From Elusimicrobiota bacterium (GTDB lineage Bacteria > Elusimicrobiota > Endomicrobiia > Endomicrobiales > JBDRNC01), in the NCBI GenBank assembly GCA_043811535.1, contig JBDRNC010000004.1, forward strand, positions 64,001-128,000: a DNA stretch of 64,000 bases, written 5' to 3'. Below the pieces are notes generated by a model, which did no database searches, had not been told where the DNA came from, and was given only the letters and a program-made list of their open reading frames with translations. Below are positions 1 through 8,998 of the stretch, one piece after another. Positions within the stretch are counted from its first letter, which is position 1, and every line of letters starts with the position of its first letter. The translations under genes were made by a program, and so were the position numbers.

Positions 1-353
1 AGAAAGTCCCGCGCCTGTTCCGCGGAAACTTCCTTCGGGCTGAAAAACCGGCCTATCCTGTCGCTGTCGGTGTCGGCAACCACAAAACCGTTTTTATCCG
101 CAAGGGTTATCCCGCGCAGCGAAGAATCGGAAGATTTCATCTTTTTGATGTAATTCATTATGGGCACGAAATCGCTCGCTTCCATGTTATCCGCGACGAC
201 TATCGCCATTTTCCTCAGGTCCTCACGTTTCATTTCCATGGCGCTGCGGTACTGTATATTCTTCGTGTAAACGTAAAAAAGCGCCCCCGCCGGGCCCGCC
301 ACAAGCAAGCCGACCATGAACATCGCCATGACAAGCTTTGTTTTTATGCTCAT
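1..353 (-). CDS. Membrane sensor protein N-terminus (TM helix + periplasmic sensor domain), truncated by window edge
   Basis: Manual translation from ATG at 353: MSIKTKLVMAMFMVGLLVAGPAGALFYVY...ITLADKNGFVVADTDSDRIG, open to position 1; typical start of HAMP/kinase/cyclase sensors. Confidence 0.6.
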   Translation of the reverse strand, partial: MSIKTKLVMAMFMVGLLVAGPAGALFYVYTKNIQYRSAMEMKREDLRKMAIVVADNMEASDFVPIMNYIKKMKSSDSSLRGITLADKNGFVVADTDSDRIGRFFSPKEVSAEQARDF

Positions 354-448
354 TTCAAGATTTTCTTCCTTTTATTCCAGGTTTGTCAGGGTTATTGATT
401 TTTCACGCTTCCAGAGACTGATTAGGTGGGCTGCGTTGCGGCAGAAAG

Positions 449-3193
449 CTACTTCTTTTTCGCGATCTTTAGGAACAGTTCAATTATTTTAGGGTCAAAC
501 TGTTTCCCGGCTTCCTGCTTTATCATTTTCAACGCTTCTTTTTTAGAATACGCTTTTCTGTAGGGCCTGGCGGACGTAAGCGCCTGGTAGACATCCGCGA
601 CCGCCACTATCCTTGCCCCTACCGGTATCTCCTGGCCTTTCAGCTTGTTCGGATAGCCTTTCCCGTCCCATCTTTCATGGTGATAGATAATATGCGGTAT
701 CAGGGCGTGCAGGTGCTGTATCGGCCTGAGAATGTCCGCGGCTATCTGAGGGTGCTTTTTTATCTCTTCAAACTCTTCTTTTGTCAGTTTTGCTTTTTTC
801 AGGAGTATCTTTTCGCTGATGCCTATCTTTCCCAGATCATGGAGTATCGCCGCCTGCTTGACCGATTCCACATCTTGTCTCGGCAGTTTCATGCGGACGG
901 CGATTTCAGTGGCGTACTTGACGGTCTTTTCAGTATGCACTCCCGTCTGATAATCTTTCAATTCAAGCGTCTTGGCGAATGCGAATATCGCTTCGATAAG
1001 GCTCTGGTTCGCCCTTTTATTGAGCTTGTCTATTTTATCTTTCAGCACTTTCACGTCTTCGTCATTTTCTGCCAACTTTTTCTTATCCCGCGTGTCATCC
1101 GTGGAGTACACCGTATTGCCGCCGAATTCTTTCACTTTATTCAACACATGGTCGGCCTTGCTGACCAGGTCCATCCCTTTCGCGCAAGCATCTTCGGGGC
1201 ATGAAACGACCGCCATGCTGATCTTCAGTTTTACCTTATGGCTCTTGTTCCCGAAATTCGTGAAATTGAGCGAGTCAAGAAGCCTCTGCGACATTTTCAT
1301 CGCGCCCGACCGGTTTACCCCCGGCGAAACAATGACAAATTCTTCCCCTCCGTACCTTATCAGCACGTCAGACTTGCGCATGAAACTCTGAAGATATTTC
1401 CCGAACTGCTTCAGCACAAGGTCGCCGAACTGGTGGCCGTAGACGTCATTGAGAGACTTGAAGTAATCAATGTCCATCATTACTACGGACAGCGGGTGGA
1501 CGTTCCTCCTGCATTTATGGAATTCAACTTCAATTATATCTTCAAGATACCTGAAATTATAGAGACCCGTGTGCGGGTCCCGCAATGCCAGGCGTTCAAG
1601 CTTCTTATTGGTCCTAACGAGATCCTTGTACAGCTCTTTCAGCTTCTCTTCCGATTTTTTCCTTTCGGTTATATCCCTGATGACGACAATCGCGGACGGC
1701 TTGCCCTGGAAAACAAGCCCCATTCCCGTTACTTCGGTGTCTATGACCCTGCCGTCAATCCTGATAAATTTTTCCTCTACCGAGGGGAGCGGTTTCTGCT
1801 GCTCGTACATTATTTTTGTTCTCTGCAGGGCCAACTGAATTGAATCCGGATGGATATAATCCTTTATGGACCTGCCGATGATCTCCTCCGGGGACTTGGC
1901 GCCTACGGATTCCGCCCCCTTTTGATTTATAAAAACCACCTTCCCTCCGCTGTGGACCACTACAGCATCGGGAAGCAGCTGCACCAGACTTTTATAGCGT
2001 TCCTCGCTCTCGCGAAGAGACGTCTCTTTCTGTTTTTGCTCCGTGATATCGCGTATAGCGACAATGACCGAAGGCTTACCCTGATACTGCAGGCCCGCTG
2101 CCGCAACCTCAACGTCAATGATCTTCCCGTCCAGACGGAGGAATTTTTCCTCCATTGCCGGGACCTTTTCGCCGGATTCATACATGACTTTCGTTCTCTG
2201 AATCACGGCCTGCCTGTAATCCGGATGGACAAAGTCAAGGACAGGTTTTCCGATCACTTCCTCGGGTGAATCAGCGCCGATAGTTTTTGCCCCCGCCGCG
2301 TTAATATAAACGATTTTCCCTTCGCTGTGGACAACGATCGCCTCGGGAGTTATCTGCACCAGCTTCTTATAACGTTCCTCGCTTTCCTGAAGAGACGTAT
2401 CCTTCTGTTTTTGCTCCGTGATGTCAAACACATAGCCGTCGTAATAGATTATCTTGTCATCCTGGTCCCTGATAACACAGGTATGGTCGTAAATGTGCCT
2501 TACTCCCCTTTTTCTGTCCAAGATCCTGTAGAACTGGTCGAAAGACATAACCCCTTTTTCAGAATTATCCTTCACCTCCGAAGCGACCCTGTCCATGTCG
2601 TCGGGATGCACTATCTTGCTGTATAGCACCTTTCCGCTTAAAAATTCTTCCGGGCGGTACCCGAACTGTATGACGTTAGGCGAAACATACTCAACCGGCC
2701 AGTTTTCCGCGGCGACCCACCTGAAAACGACCACCGGCCCTTTGAAAAACATCTTATGCTCCCAAATCAGTCTTTCTTCATTCTTGCGCAGCTCGTCTTC
2801 CGTAAGCTTGTATTCGGTAATATCATGCACTTGGAGCAGATACCCCAACAGGGTCTTTTCATAATCTGCAAAAAGCGGCACCAGATAGTATTCTATGAAT
2901 ATGCGTCCGGTTTTATTAGTTCCGAAAATATTAAGTTCCTTAATCTTGACAAAATCAATCTCGGTTTTTTTCCTTATCCTTTCGCCTTTTAACAATTTCT
3001 TCCTGGTTTCTTCCAATAACATGGGATTTTCAAACAGGGATATATTCATCAAAGGCGAACTGTCGGTAATCCCGAGCATGTCAATTAACGCCTTGTTTAT
3101 TTTTATCAGCTTGCCGCTCGGATCGAACAGCAGGACTCCGACGAATGATTCGTCAAACATCCTGGATAGTTTTTGAAGCTCCAGATCAGCCAT
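449..3193 (-). CDS. Multi-PAS diguanylate cyclase / HD-GYP phosphodiesterase
   Basis: Four PAS/PAC repeats (HPDD, HPDY, RDITE); RYGGEEF with RKSD I-site; LHDLGKIG and HHERWDGKGYP. Confidence 0.93.
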   Translation of the reverse strand: MADLELQKLSRMFDESFVGVLLFDPSGKLIKINKALIDMLGITDSSPLMNISLFENPMLLEETRKKLLKGERIRKKTEIDFVKIKELNIFGTNKTGRIFIEYYLVPLFADYEKTLLGYLLQVHDITEYKLTEDELRKNEERLIWEHKMFFKGPVVVFRWVAAENWPVEYVSPNVIQFGYRPEEFLSGKVLYSKIVHPDDMDRVASEVKDNSEKGVMSFDQFYRILDRKRGVRHIYDHTCVIRDQDDKIIYYDGYVFDITEQKQKDTSLQESEERYKKLVQITPEAIVVHSEGKIVYINAAGAKTIGADSPEEVIGKPVLDFVHPDYRQAVIQRTKVMYESGEKVPAMEEKFLRLDGKIIDVEVAAAGLQYQGKPSVIVAIRDITEQKQKETSLRESEERYKSLVQLLPDAVVVHSGGKVVFINQKGAESVGAKSPEEIIGRSIKDYIHPDSIQLALQRTKIMYEQQKPLPSVEEKFIRIDGRVIDTEVTGMGLVFQGKPSAIVVIRDITERKKSEEKLKELYKDLVRTNKKLERLALRDPHTGLYNFRYLEDIIEVEFHKCRRNVHPLSVVMMDIDYFKSLNDVYGHQFGDLVLKQFGKYLQSFMRKSDVLIRYGGEEFVIVSPGVNRSGAMKMSQRLLDSLNFTNFGNKSHKVKLKISMAVVSCPEDACAKGMDLVSKADHVLNKVKEFGGNTVYSTDDTRDKKKLAENDEDVKVLKDKIDKLNKRANQSLIEAIFAFAKTLELKDYQTGVHTEKTVKYATEIAVRMKLPRQDVESVKQAAILHDLGKIGISEKILLKKAKLTKEEFEEIKKHPQIAADILRPIQHLHALIPHIIYHHERWDGKGYPNKLKGQEIPVGARIVAVADVYQALTSARPYRKAYSKKEALKMIKQEAGKQFDPKIIELFLKIAKKK

Positions 3194-3215
3194 GACTCCC
3201 TTATAAAAAATGCGT

Positions 3216-3248
3216 AAAAAATCCGCGCCCCGTCAAAAACGGGCGCGG
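3216..3248 (-). terminator. Intrinsic terminator in the 5' leader of the GGDEF/HD-GYP gene
   Basis: CCGCGCCC (3223-3230) / GGGCGCGG (3241-3248) stem followed by a T-run on the minus strand. Confidence 0.7.
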
Positions 3249-3301
3249 TCAATATCCGGCGCAAGCGGAATGATGATTGTTTCAGGCTTACTTGGGTCCA
3301 T
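3233..3301 (-). CDS. Possible leaderless leader peptide, 22 aa (MDPSKPETIIIPLAPDIDRARF)
   Basis: ATG 6 nt downstream of the -10 hexamer; stop codon lies inside the terminator hairpin. Confidence 0.35.
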   Translation of the reverse strand: MDPSKPETIIIPLAPDIDRARF

Positions 3302-3307
3302 GAAAAT

Positions 3308-3336
3308 ATAGTACAACTTTCAATGTTTTATGTCAA
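3308..3336 (-). promoter_or_regulatory. Sigma70 promoter
   Basis: TTGACA-17 bp-TACTAT on the minus strand. Confidence 0.75.
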
Positions 3337-3344
3337 ACCATACT

Positions 3345-3540
3345 ACGATTACACTAAACGACGATTACATAGATTACGAAAGACGATTACACAGAAACAA
3401 CGATGGGACTGAATCCGTGTAATCTCATTTATAATCACTGTAATCTTTGTTATTAATCTGTGAAATCTTTGTTAACAATCGGTGTAATCTTCGTTATTAA
3501 TCTGTGAAATCTTAGTTAATAATCGGTGTAATCTTAGTTC
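3345..3540. repeat. GATTACAC / GTGTAATC inverted short-repeat array
   Basis: Several CGATTACA copies facing several TGTAATCT/TGAAATCT copies; right arm has a 22/44-bp period. Confidence 0.8.
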
Positions 3541-3560
3541 CGAAGAAATTGCGAAGTTGT

Positions 3561-3589
3561 TTGACAAAAGCCCATTTTTAACGTAAAAT
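3561..3589 (+). promoter_or_regulatory. Sigma70 promoter of the GH13 gene
   Basis: TTGACA-17 bp-TAAAAT, preceded in 11-bp phase by TCCGAA (3539) and TGCGAA (3550). Confidence 0.75.
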
Positions 3590-3690
3590 TTCCCAAAAGT
3601 GCCCTGTAAGACAGTTCGTAGCTCGTAGTTCATTGTTTATGATAACTGTTAATTGGTAATTGTTAATTGAAAAAAGAGGTGCATTCACAA

Positions 3691-5274
3691 ATGAAAAATC
3701 CCGATTGGCTCAAGGACGCTATTTTTTACCAGATCTACCCCCAGAGTTTTTACGACTCTAACAAAGACGGTATAGGCGACATCCCCGGCATTATACAAAA
3801 ACTTGACTATATCAAGTCCACCGGCTGCAACGCGATATGGCTGAACCCGTGTTTTGTCTCCCCTTTCAAGGACGCCGGTTACGATATCGCGGATTACTAC
3901 AAGGTAGACCCGAGATACGGCACCAACGCCGACCTGAAGCGCCTTTTCAGGACAGCAAAGTCAAAAGGGCTCAGAGTCCTGCTAGACCTGGTTCCGGGCC
4001 ATACCTCTATCGACTGTCCGTGGTTCGCGGAATCCTGCAAGGCGGAAAGGAACAAATACAGCGACTGGTACATCTGGACAGACAGCATATGGAACAACAC
4101 CGGCGGTAAACTGAACGCCATTGGCGGGTACGCCGAAAGAGACGCGCAGTATATCACTAATTTCTTCTATATACAGCCCGCTTTGAATTTCGGCTTCGCC
4201 AAACCCGACCCTAAATGCCGCTGGCAGCAGCCCGTGGACGCTCCGGGCCCTAAAATGGTCAGGAATGAAATGAAAAAGATAATGCGTTTCTGGTTGGACA
4301 TGGGCGCGGACGGTTTCCGCGTAGACATGGCGCCATCGCTCGTAAAGTTCGATCATAACGGCAAGATTGTATCTGAATTCTGGCGGGATGTCAGAAAAAT
4401 GCTGGACAGGGAATATCCTGATGCCGCGATAGTTTCGGAATGGGGCGACCCGCCGAAGGCACTCAAGGCCGGTTTTCACATGGATTTCCTGCTTCACTTC
4501 GGGGTTTCCCCAAAAGGCTACCTGCCTCTCTTCAGAAGGCAGGAAAAAAGCTTCTTCAGCAGGCACTCAAAGGGCAACATAATGGAGTTCCTGAATTACT
4601 ACATGGGGGTATACCGCGCCACGAAGAAAGACGGCTACATCTGCATACCCTCCGGCAACCACGACATGTCCAGGTTGAATGATAACTTTACTAAAAGGGA
4701 ACTTGAGATAATCCTTGTTTTCCTCTTCACGATGCCCGGCGTCCCGTTCTTCTATTACGGCGACGAGATCGGGATGAAATATCTCGGCAAAACGCCGTCT
4801 AAGGAAGGCGGTTACGGGCGCACCGGCTCAAGAACGCCTATGCAATGGTCGTCCGCTAAAAACGCGGGCTTCTCTTCGGCCCCCTCAAGCAAGCTCTACC
4901 TGCCCATAGACAAGGACAAGAACCGGCCCACCGTTGAAAAACAGGAGAACGATCCCGATTCGCTGCTGAACGAGTTCCGGACGCTGGCAAAGTTACGGAA
5001 ATCAAACGCCGCGCTTCAGGCCGACGGCGAATTCATCCTGCTCCACGCCAAGGAAAAAAGCTATCCCTTCATTTACATGAGAAAAAATAGCGGAAAAACC
5101 TTCGTCATTGCCCTGAATCCGTCAAAATATGAATTGAATGTTCCGCTCAACGGTAGGAAAATTAACGGCAGTCTTAGAGAAAAGCTTGTTTCAAAGACGA
5201 GTCTTGTTACCAAAAGCAACGTTTACGAACTTCAAATGCAGCCCCAATCCTACGCCATATACGAAGTGATTTAA
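3691..5274 (+). CDS. GH13 alpha-amylase-family alpha-glucosidase
   Basis: YQIYPQSFYDSNKDGIGD, DLVPGHTS, DGFRVDMA, SEW, GNHD, YYGDEIGM, RTPMQW; ATG 3691 follows a GAGGTG RBS; no signal peptide. Confidence 0.93.
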   Translation: MKNPDWLKDAIFYQIYPQSFYDSNKDGIGDIPGIIQKLDYIKSTGCNAIWLNPCFVSPFKDAGYDIADYYKVDPRYGTNADLKRLFRTAKSKGLRVLLDLVPGHTSIDCPWFAESCKAERNKYSDWYIWTDSIWNNTGGKLNAIGGYAERDAQYITNFFYIQPALNFGFAKPDPKCRWQQPVDAPGPKMVRNEMKKIMRFWLDMGADGFRVDMAPSLVKFDHNGKIVSEFWRDVRKMLDREYPDAAIVSEWGDPPKALKAGFHMDFLLHFGVSPKGYLPLFRRQEKSFFSRHSKGNIMEFLNYYMGVYRATKKDGYICIPSGNHDMSRLNDNFTKRELEIILVFLFTMPGVPFFYYGDEIGMKYLGKTPSKEGGYGRTGSRTPMQWSSAKNAGFSSAPSSKLYLPIDKDKNRPTVEKQENDPDSLLNEFRTLAKLRKSNAALQADGEFILLHAKEKSYPFIYMRKNSGKTFVIALNPSKYELNVPLNGRKINGSLREKLVSKTSLVTKSNVYELQMQPQSYAIYEVI

Positions 5275-5305
5275 CGGTCTTTCCCGTACTGGAGTTGAAA
5301 AACGG

Positions 5306-7597
5306 TTATTTAAGCGGGATGCCCTGCGGTGTTTGGGTGAGTTGATAATCCTTCCCGTATATTGAAACCGGAATCTTTCCTTCCCCTATTATCTTAAAGA
5401 CCGCGTTGCTGCCGTCAACTGACACGCTTATGACATCCCCACGGTAGAGTATCCTGAAACTGTACGCCTTCCACTTCTTAATTATTACCGGATTGAAAAC
5501 CAGTTTATCGCCATCCGACCTTAGCCCGCCGAAACCGTAGACTATATTCATCCATGACGACGCCATTGAAGTCACGTGAAGCCCCTGGTACGTATCGCGG
5601 TTGTAATCGTCCAGGTCAATGCGCGTGGCGTAGCTGAAAAATTCCTCGGCCTCGTCCAGTTTCCCTATCTCGGCGGCCATAATAGAATGTATGGCGGGCG
5701 AAAGCGACGATTCGTGGCTGCAGCGCGGTTCGTAGTAATCGTAGTTCTTCTTTTTGACCGCAAGCGGGTACTGCCGGCTGAAAAAGAAAAGAAACAGCAG
5801 GACATCCGGCTGCTTTATCATGTCGTATCTGAAGATGCGGTCGTACGCCCAGTGGGTGTACAACGGCCACTCGCCCGCCGGAATTGAATCTATGTCTATG
5901 TGCGGCAGTTCAAAATACCCGTCGTGCTGCTCGTAAACGCCGGTCTTCTTGTCGAAAGGGACGCGCATTTTATCGGCCATCATGCGCCAGCTTTCCATCT
6001 CCCCGTCCCTCAGCCCGACTTTTCCGTAAACCCTCGTAAGCTTATCCGGCGCGGCGCCGTCCATTTCCGAGATCACGTCAAACGTATATTCAAATACCTT
6101 TTTTGCCATCACGTTGGTATAGCAGTTATTGTTCACCATCATATGGAACTCGTCGGGCCCCATTACGCCGTAAATGCCGTACTCGCCGCCCGGGCTCCAC
6201 GCCCCGCGCGACGCGAAATACCGGCACGACTGCAGGAGTATCTCTATGCCTTTGCCGTAGAGGAACTCTTTATCGCCGTAAATCTTCATGTAATGCCAGA
6301 TGCCATACGGCACCGCCGCGCTGACGTGGACCTCAAGGTTGCCGTGCTGCCAGGTCCCGCATGACTCCGTGCCGTCTATGGTTCCCATCGGGTAGCATGC
6401 CCCTTCGCAATCCAGCTCTTTCGCCCGCGTTAGCGCCTGCGGAAGATAGTTGTGCCTGTATTCCACAAGTGCTCTCGCCGCCTTGGGATTGTTAAACAGA
6501 TAGAAAGGCAGGCAGTATGTCTCTGTGTCCCACCACGCCCAGCCCCAGTAGCGCTCTCCGGTAAGGCCCTTCGCTCCGACATTCAGCGTGGCGTCCTCGC
6601 CGTGGTATGCCTGGTGCAGGCCGAAAATGCAGAAACGGATGCCCTGCTGGTCCTCGTCATTGCCTTCAACAGTGATATCAAGCGTGTCCCACACTTTGCC
6701 CCAGTACTCGGCGTGCCCGGCCAGCGCCGTGTCAAACATCGTGCCCTCGTGCTTTTTTTCAAGACTAATGCCGGCGCTCCAGACATCATCCGTAGAAACA
6801 CCCGCGGAACGCTCAACGTGATTTACAACTATCTTATCGATAACCTGTTCCTTGCCTTCCTGAACACCGACTTTATAGTCGTAACCGATAAACCGGTCTT
6901 CTTCACGCTGTTTTGCGGTCATGCGGGCACCGCTTTCAACGCGGAACGAAGAAAACACATGCAAGCCGGTGCTTTTTGTCCTTCCGATTATGGCAGCGGA
7001 CCCGTCCCTGAATTCTTTTTTCGGGCATTCCCAGTAGTTTGTCTTTACTTCATCGTGCAGAACGGAAAAATCAAGCCCCATTGAAAGCTCAACCGTTCCG
7101 CTGAAATTAATAGGCTTAAGCATTATCCGCTGGATGCCGAGATTTTTGTCATGCATGCTCAGGAAACGCTCAAAAGTAACCTTTAATTCTTTTCCGCCGG
7201 GAAGATGCCATATGAAACCCCGCGAGAGCGTCCCGGTTTTCATGTCAAGCGTACGGACAAATTCCGATATCTTGCTCCTTGAGAGGTCGAGCTGTTCGCC
7301 TTCCGCGCTTATCCGCGTGTATAGCCAGTCAACCGAGTTGACCATGAAGCACATGCGGCGCGCGAAACCTATGAAGTTCGTGTCGTGGGTGATCGACCTT
7401 GTTTCAAAAACTCCGTTAAAGTAGCTCCCGATAAGTTTTTCGCCGCTGTATCCTTCCTCGAAGTACCCGCGAACTCCCATATATTCGTTGGCAAGCGAAA
7501 AAACCGACTCGGAGACCCTGCTCCGTTCCGGATGAAAACCCTCTTCGATTATCCTCCAAGGGTCAGTCTTGAGATACTTAATAGGTTCTTTACTCAT
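5306..7597 (-). CDS. GH65 alpha-glucoside phosphorylase (maltose/kojibiose/nigerose/trehalose type)
   Basis: ESVFSLANEYMGVRG, KGLTGERY, WDTE, catalytic GPDEF, IKQPD, HESSLS; start 7597 or 7606. Confidence 0.93.
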   Translation of the reverse strand: MSKEPIKYLKTDPWRIIEEGFHPERSRVSESVFSLANEYMGVRGYFEEGYSGEKLIGSYFNGVFETRSITHDTNFIGFARRMCFMVNSVDWLYTRISAEGEQLDLSRSKISEFVRTLDMKTGTLSRGFIWHLPGGKELKVTFERFLSMHDKNLGIQRIMLKPINFSGTVELSMGLDFSVLHDEVKTNYWECPKKEFRDGSAAIIGRTKSTGLHVFSSFRVESGARMTAKQREEDRFIGYDYKVGVQEGKEQVIDKIVVNHVERSAGVSTDDVWSAGISLEKKHEGTMFDTALAGHAEYWGKVWDTLDITVEGNDEDQQGIRFCIFGLHQAYHGEDATLNVGAKGLTGERYWGWAWWDTETYCLPFYLFNNPKAARALVEYRHNYLPQALTRAKELDCEGACYPMGTIDGTESCGTWQHGNLEVHVSAAVPYGIWHYMKIYGDKEFLYGKGIEILLQSCRYFASRGAWSPGGEYGIYGVMGPDEFHMMVNNNCYTNVMAKKVFEYTFDVISEMDGAAPDKLTRVYGKVGLRDGEMESWRMMADKMRVPFDKKTGVYEQHDGYFELPHIDIDSIPAGEWPLYTHWAYDRIFRYDMIKQPDVLLFLFFFSRQYPLAVKKKNYDYYEPRCSHESSLSPAIHSIMAAEIGKLDEAEEFFSYATRIDLDDYNRDTYQGLHVTSMASSWMNIVYGFGGLRSDGDKLVFNPVIIKKWKAYSFRILYRGDVISVSVDGSNAVFKIIGEGKIPVSIYGKDYQLTQTPQGIPLK

Positions 7598-7602
7598 ATA
7601 AA

Positions 7603-7675
7603 TCAATTACAAATTACAGATTCCAGATTACAGATTAGCTGCCCAACGCCTTTAATATGTAATTTGCAATTATTT
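7603..7675. repeat. Heptamer-period inverted repeat array
   Basis: AATTACA/GATTACA/GATTCCA units facing TATGTAATTTGCAATT. Confidence 0.65.
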
Positions 7676-7728
7676 TGTCGGCGATGACATTGCGAAATCA
7701 TATAACCTTTACTGAAGCCCCCATTTTT

Positions 7729-7866
7729 GCGGAATAAGTGCGGATAATCCCCGTAATTTATTCCGCACCCCTGCGGAATAAATCATATTTACACTGTATT
7801 TTCAATGATATTTTATTCCGCATTTTATTCCGCAGTTATTCCGCACTTTCAGGTGCGGAATAAACC
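7729..7866. repeat. GCGGAATAA / TTATTCCGC repeat cluster
   Basis: About seven copies in both orientations between the GH130 and GH65 genes. Confidence 0.75.
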
Positions 7867-7876
7867 GCGTGATAAC

Positions 7877-8893
7877 TTAATTCTTTATTGGTTCCGACAT
7901 TGCGAAATCTACCAGGTCATTCATCTTAGCTGTGGCCACGCCAATCGCCGTATCGGCTCCGCCGTAGTAGCAGAAATACGTGTCGCCTATTACCACGTTC
8001 CCTACGGCGAAAACCACATTCTCTTCCACGCCCTCTAATTCAAAGGGCTCTGTGGGCTCAAGCACGCAAGGCTTCGGCCTTGATATTATCTTGCGCGGAT
8101 CTTTCAGGTCAAGCATCATGACGCCCTGGCGGTAAAACCTGCCGGGCTTATCGCCCTGAACGCCGTGGTACATTAAAAGCCAGCCGTATTTTGTCTTGAT
8201 TGGCGGAGTGCTCGCGCCTATCTTCTTTTCCTGCCACGGGGCGTCGGGGTCCGTTTTCGCCAGAAGAATGCTTTTATCTTTCCAACTCGTAAGGTCTTTG
8301 GAAGATGTCATCCAGATACCGGGCTTGTCGGTTCCGTATTTCGGCCCGACCCACTCGGCGGGCCTGTGAAGCATTACATATCTGCCGTTTATCTTTTCCG
8401 GGAATATGACTACGTCGCGGTCGTCAATGTCATCCCTTGATATCGCGCCGAGGCATTCAAAACTCCTGAAATCCTTCGTGCGCAGGAGTCCCGTGCGCGT
8501 CAGGTTCTCTCTTAGCGCTTTTGAGGCGTTTTCCGGGTATTCCGGCCCTTTTCCCTGAACGAACAACGAATACGGCACGGCCCTGCAGGCGTAGGTCACG
8601 TAGTAATACTGCCCGAACTTCGTCACGCGCGGGTCCTCGACGCAGCCGGCTTCAAAATAATACTTCGGGACATATATAGGCTTGTCCGAAACTCTTTTGA
8701 ACGTATAGCCATCTTTGCTTTCGGCGAGCCCCATGTAGATGCGGTAGATATCCGTTTCGCCGGAAGCGCGGTAAAGCATGTAAACCCTGCCTTTATCGTA
8801 ATAGGCGCCCGGATTGCAGACCGCGTGCCCTTCCCATTTGCTCCCGGGAATGGGCGACAATATCGGATTACCTGAATATTTCGTGAGTTGCAT
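7877..8893 (-). CDS. GH130 beta-mannoside phosphorylase/glycosidase
   Basis: AVCNPGA, LYRA, GCVEDPRV, DRDVVIFPEKING, LHRP, KIGASTPP, YHGV, YYGGADT. Confidence 0.9.
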   Translation of the reverse strand: MQLTKYSGNPILSPIPGSKWEGHAVCNPGAYYDKGRVYMLYRASGETDIYRIYMGLAESKDGYTFKRVSDKPIYVPKYYFEAGCVEDPRVTKFGQYYYVTYACRAVPYSLFVQGKGPEYPENASKALRENLTRTGLLRTKDFRSFECLGAISRDDIDDRDVVIFPEKINGRYVMLHRPAEWVGPKYGTDKPGIWMTSSKDLTSWKDKSILLAKTDPDAPWQEKKIGASTPPIKTKYGWLLMYHGVQGDKPGRFYRQGVMMLDLKDPRKIISRPKPCVLEPTEPFELEGVEENVVFAVGNVVIGDTYFCYYGGADTAIGVATAKMNDLVDFAMSEPIKN

Positions 8894-8931
8894 TATATTC
8901 TCCTATGATAAAAATCAAACACAGCTATTAT

Positions 8932-8998
8932 ATTTGAAGTTTGTATTTAATATTTTGGATTTATTTAGTGTTTAGTATTTAGTTTTTAGTGTTTATTT
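8932..8998. repeat. AT-rich heptamer-like array (TTTAGTG/TTTAGTA)
   Basis: Degenerate 7-nt period; a related array lies in the opposite orientation at 12288-12358. Confidence 0.55.

Noticed and set aside
3194..3305. c-di-GMP riboswitch ahead of the GGDEF/HD-GYP gene
   Set aside because: Class I and class II consensus elements are not visible
3345..3540. Possible CRISPR array
   Set aside because: Units are short, degenerate and in both orientations, with no unique spacers and no cas genes
7680..7696. GGCGAT-N5-TGCGAA upstream of GH65 as a seventh operator
   Set aside because: Only one good hexamer and no third unit
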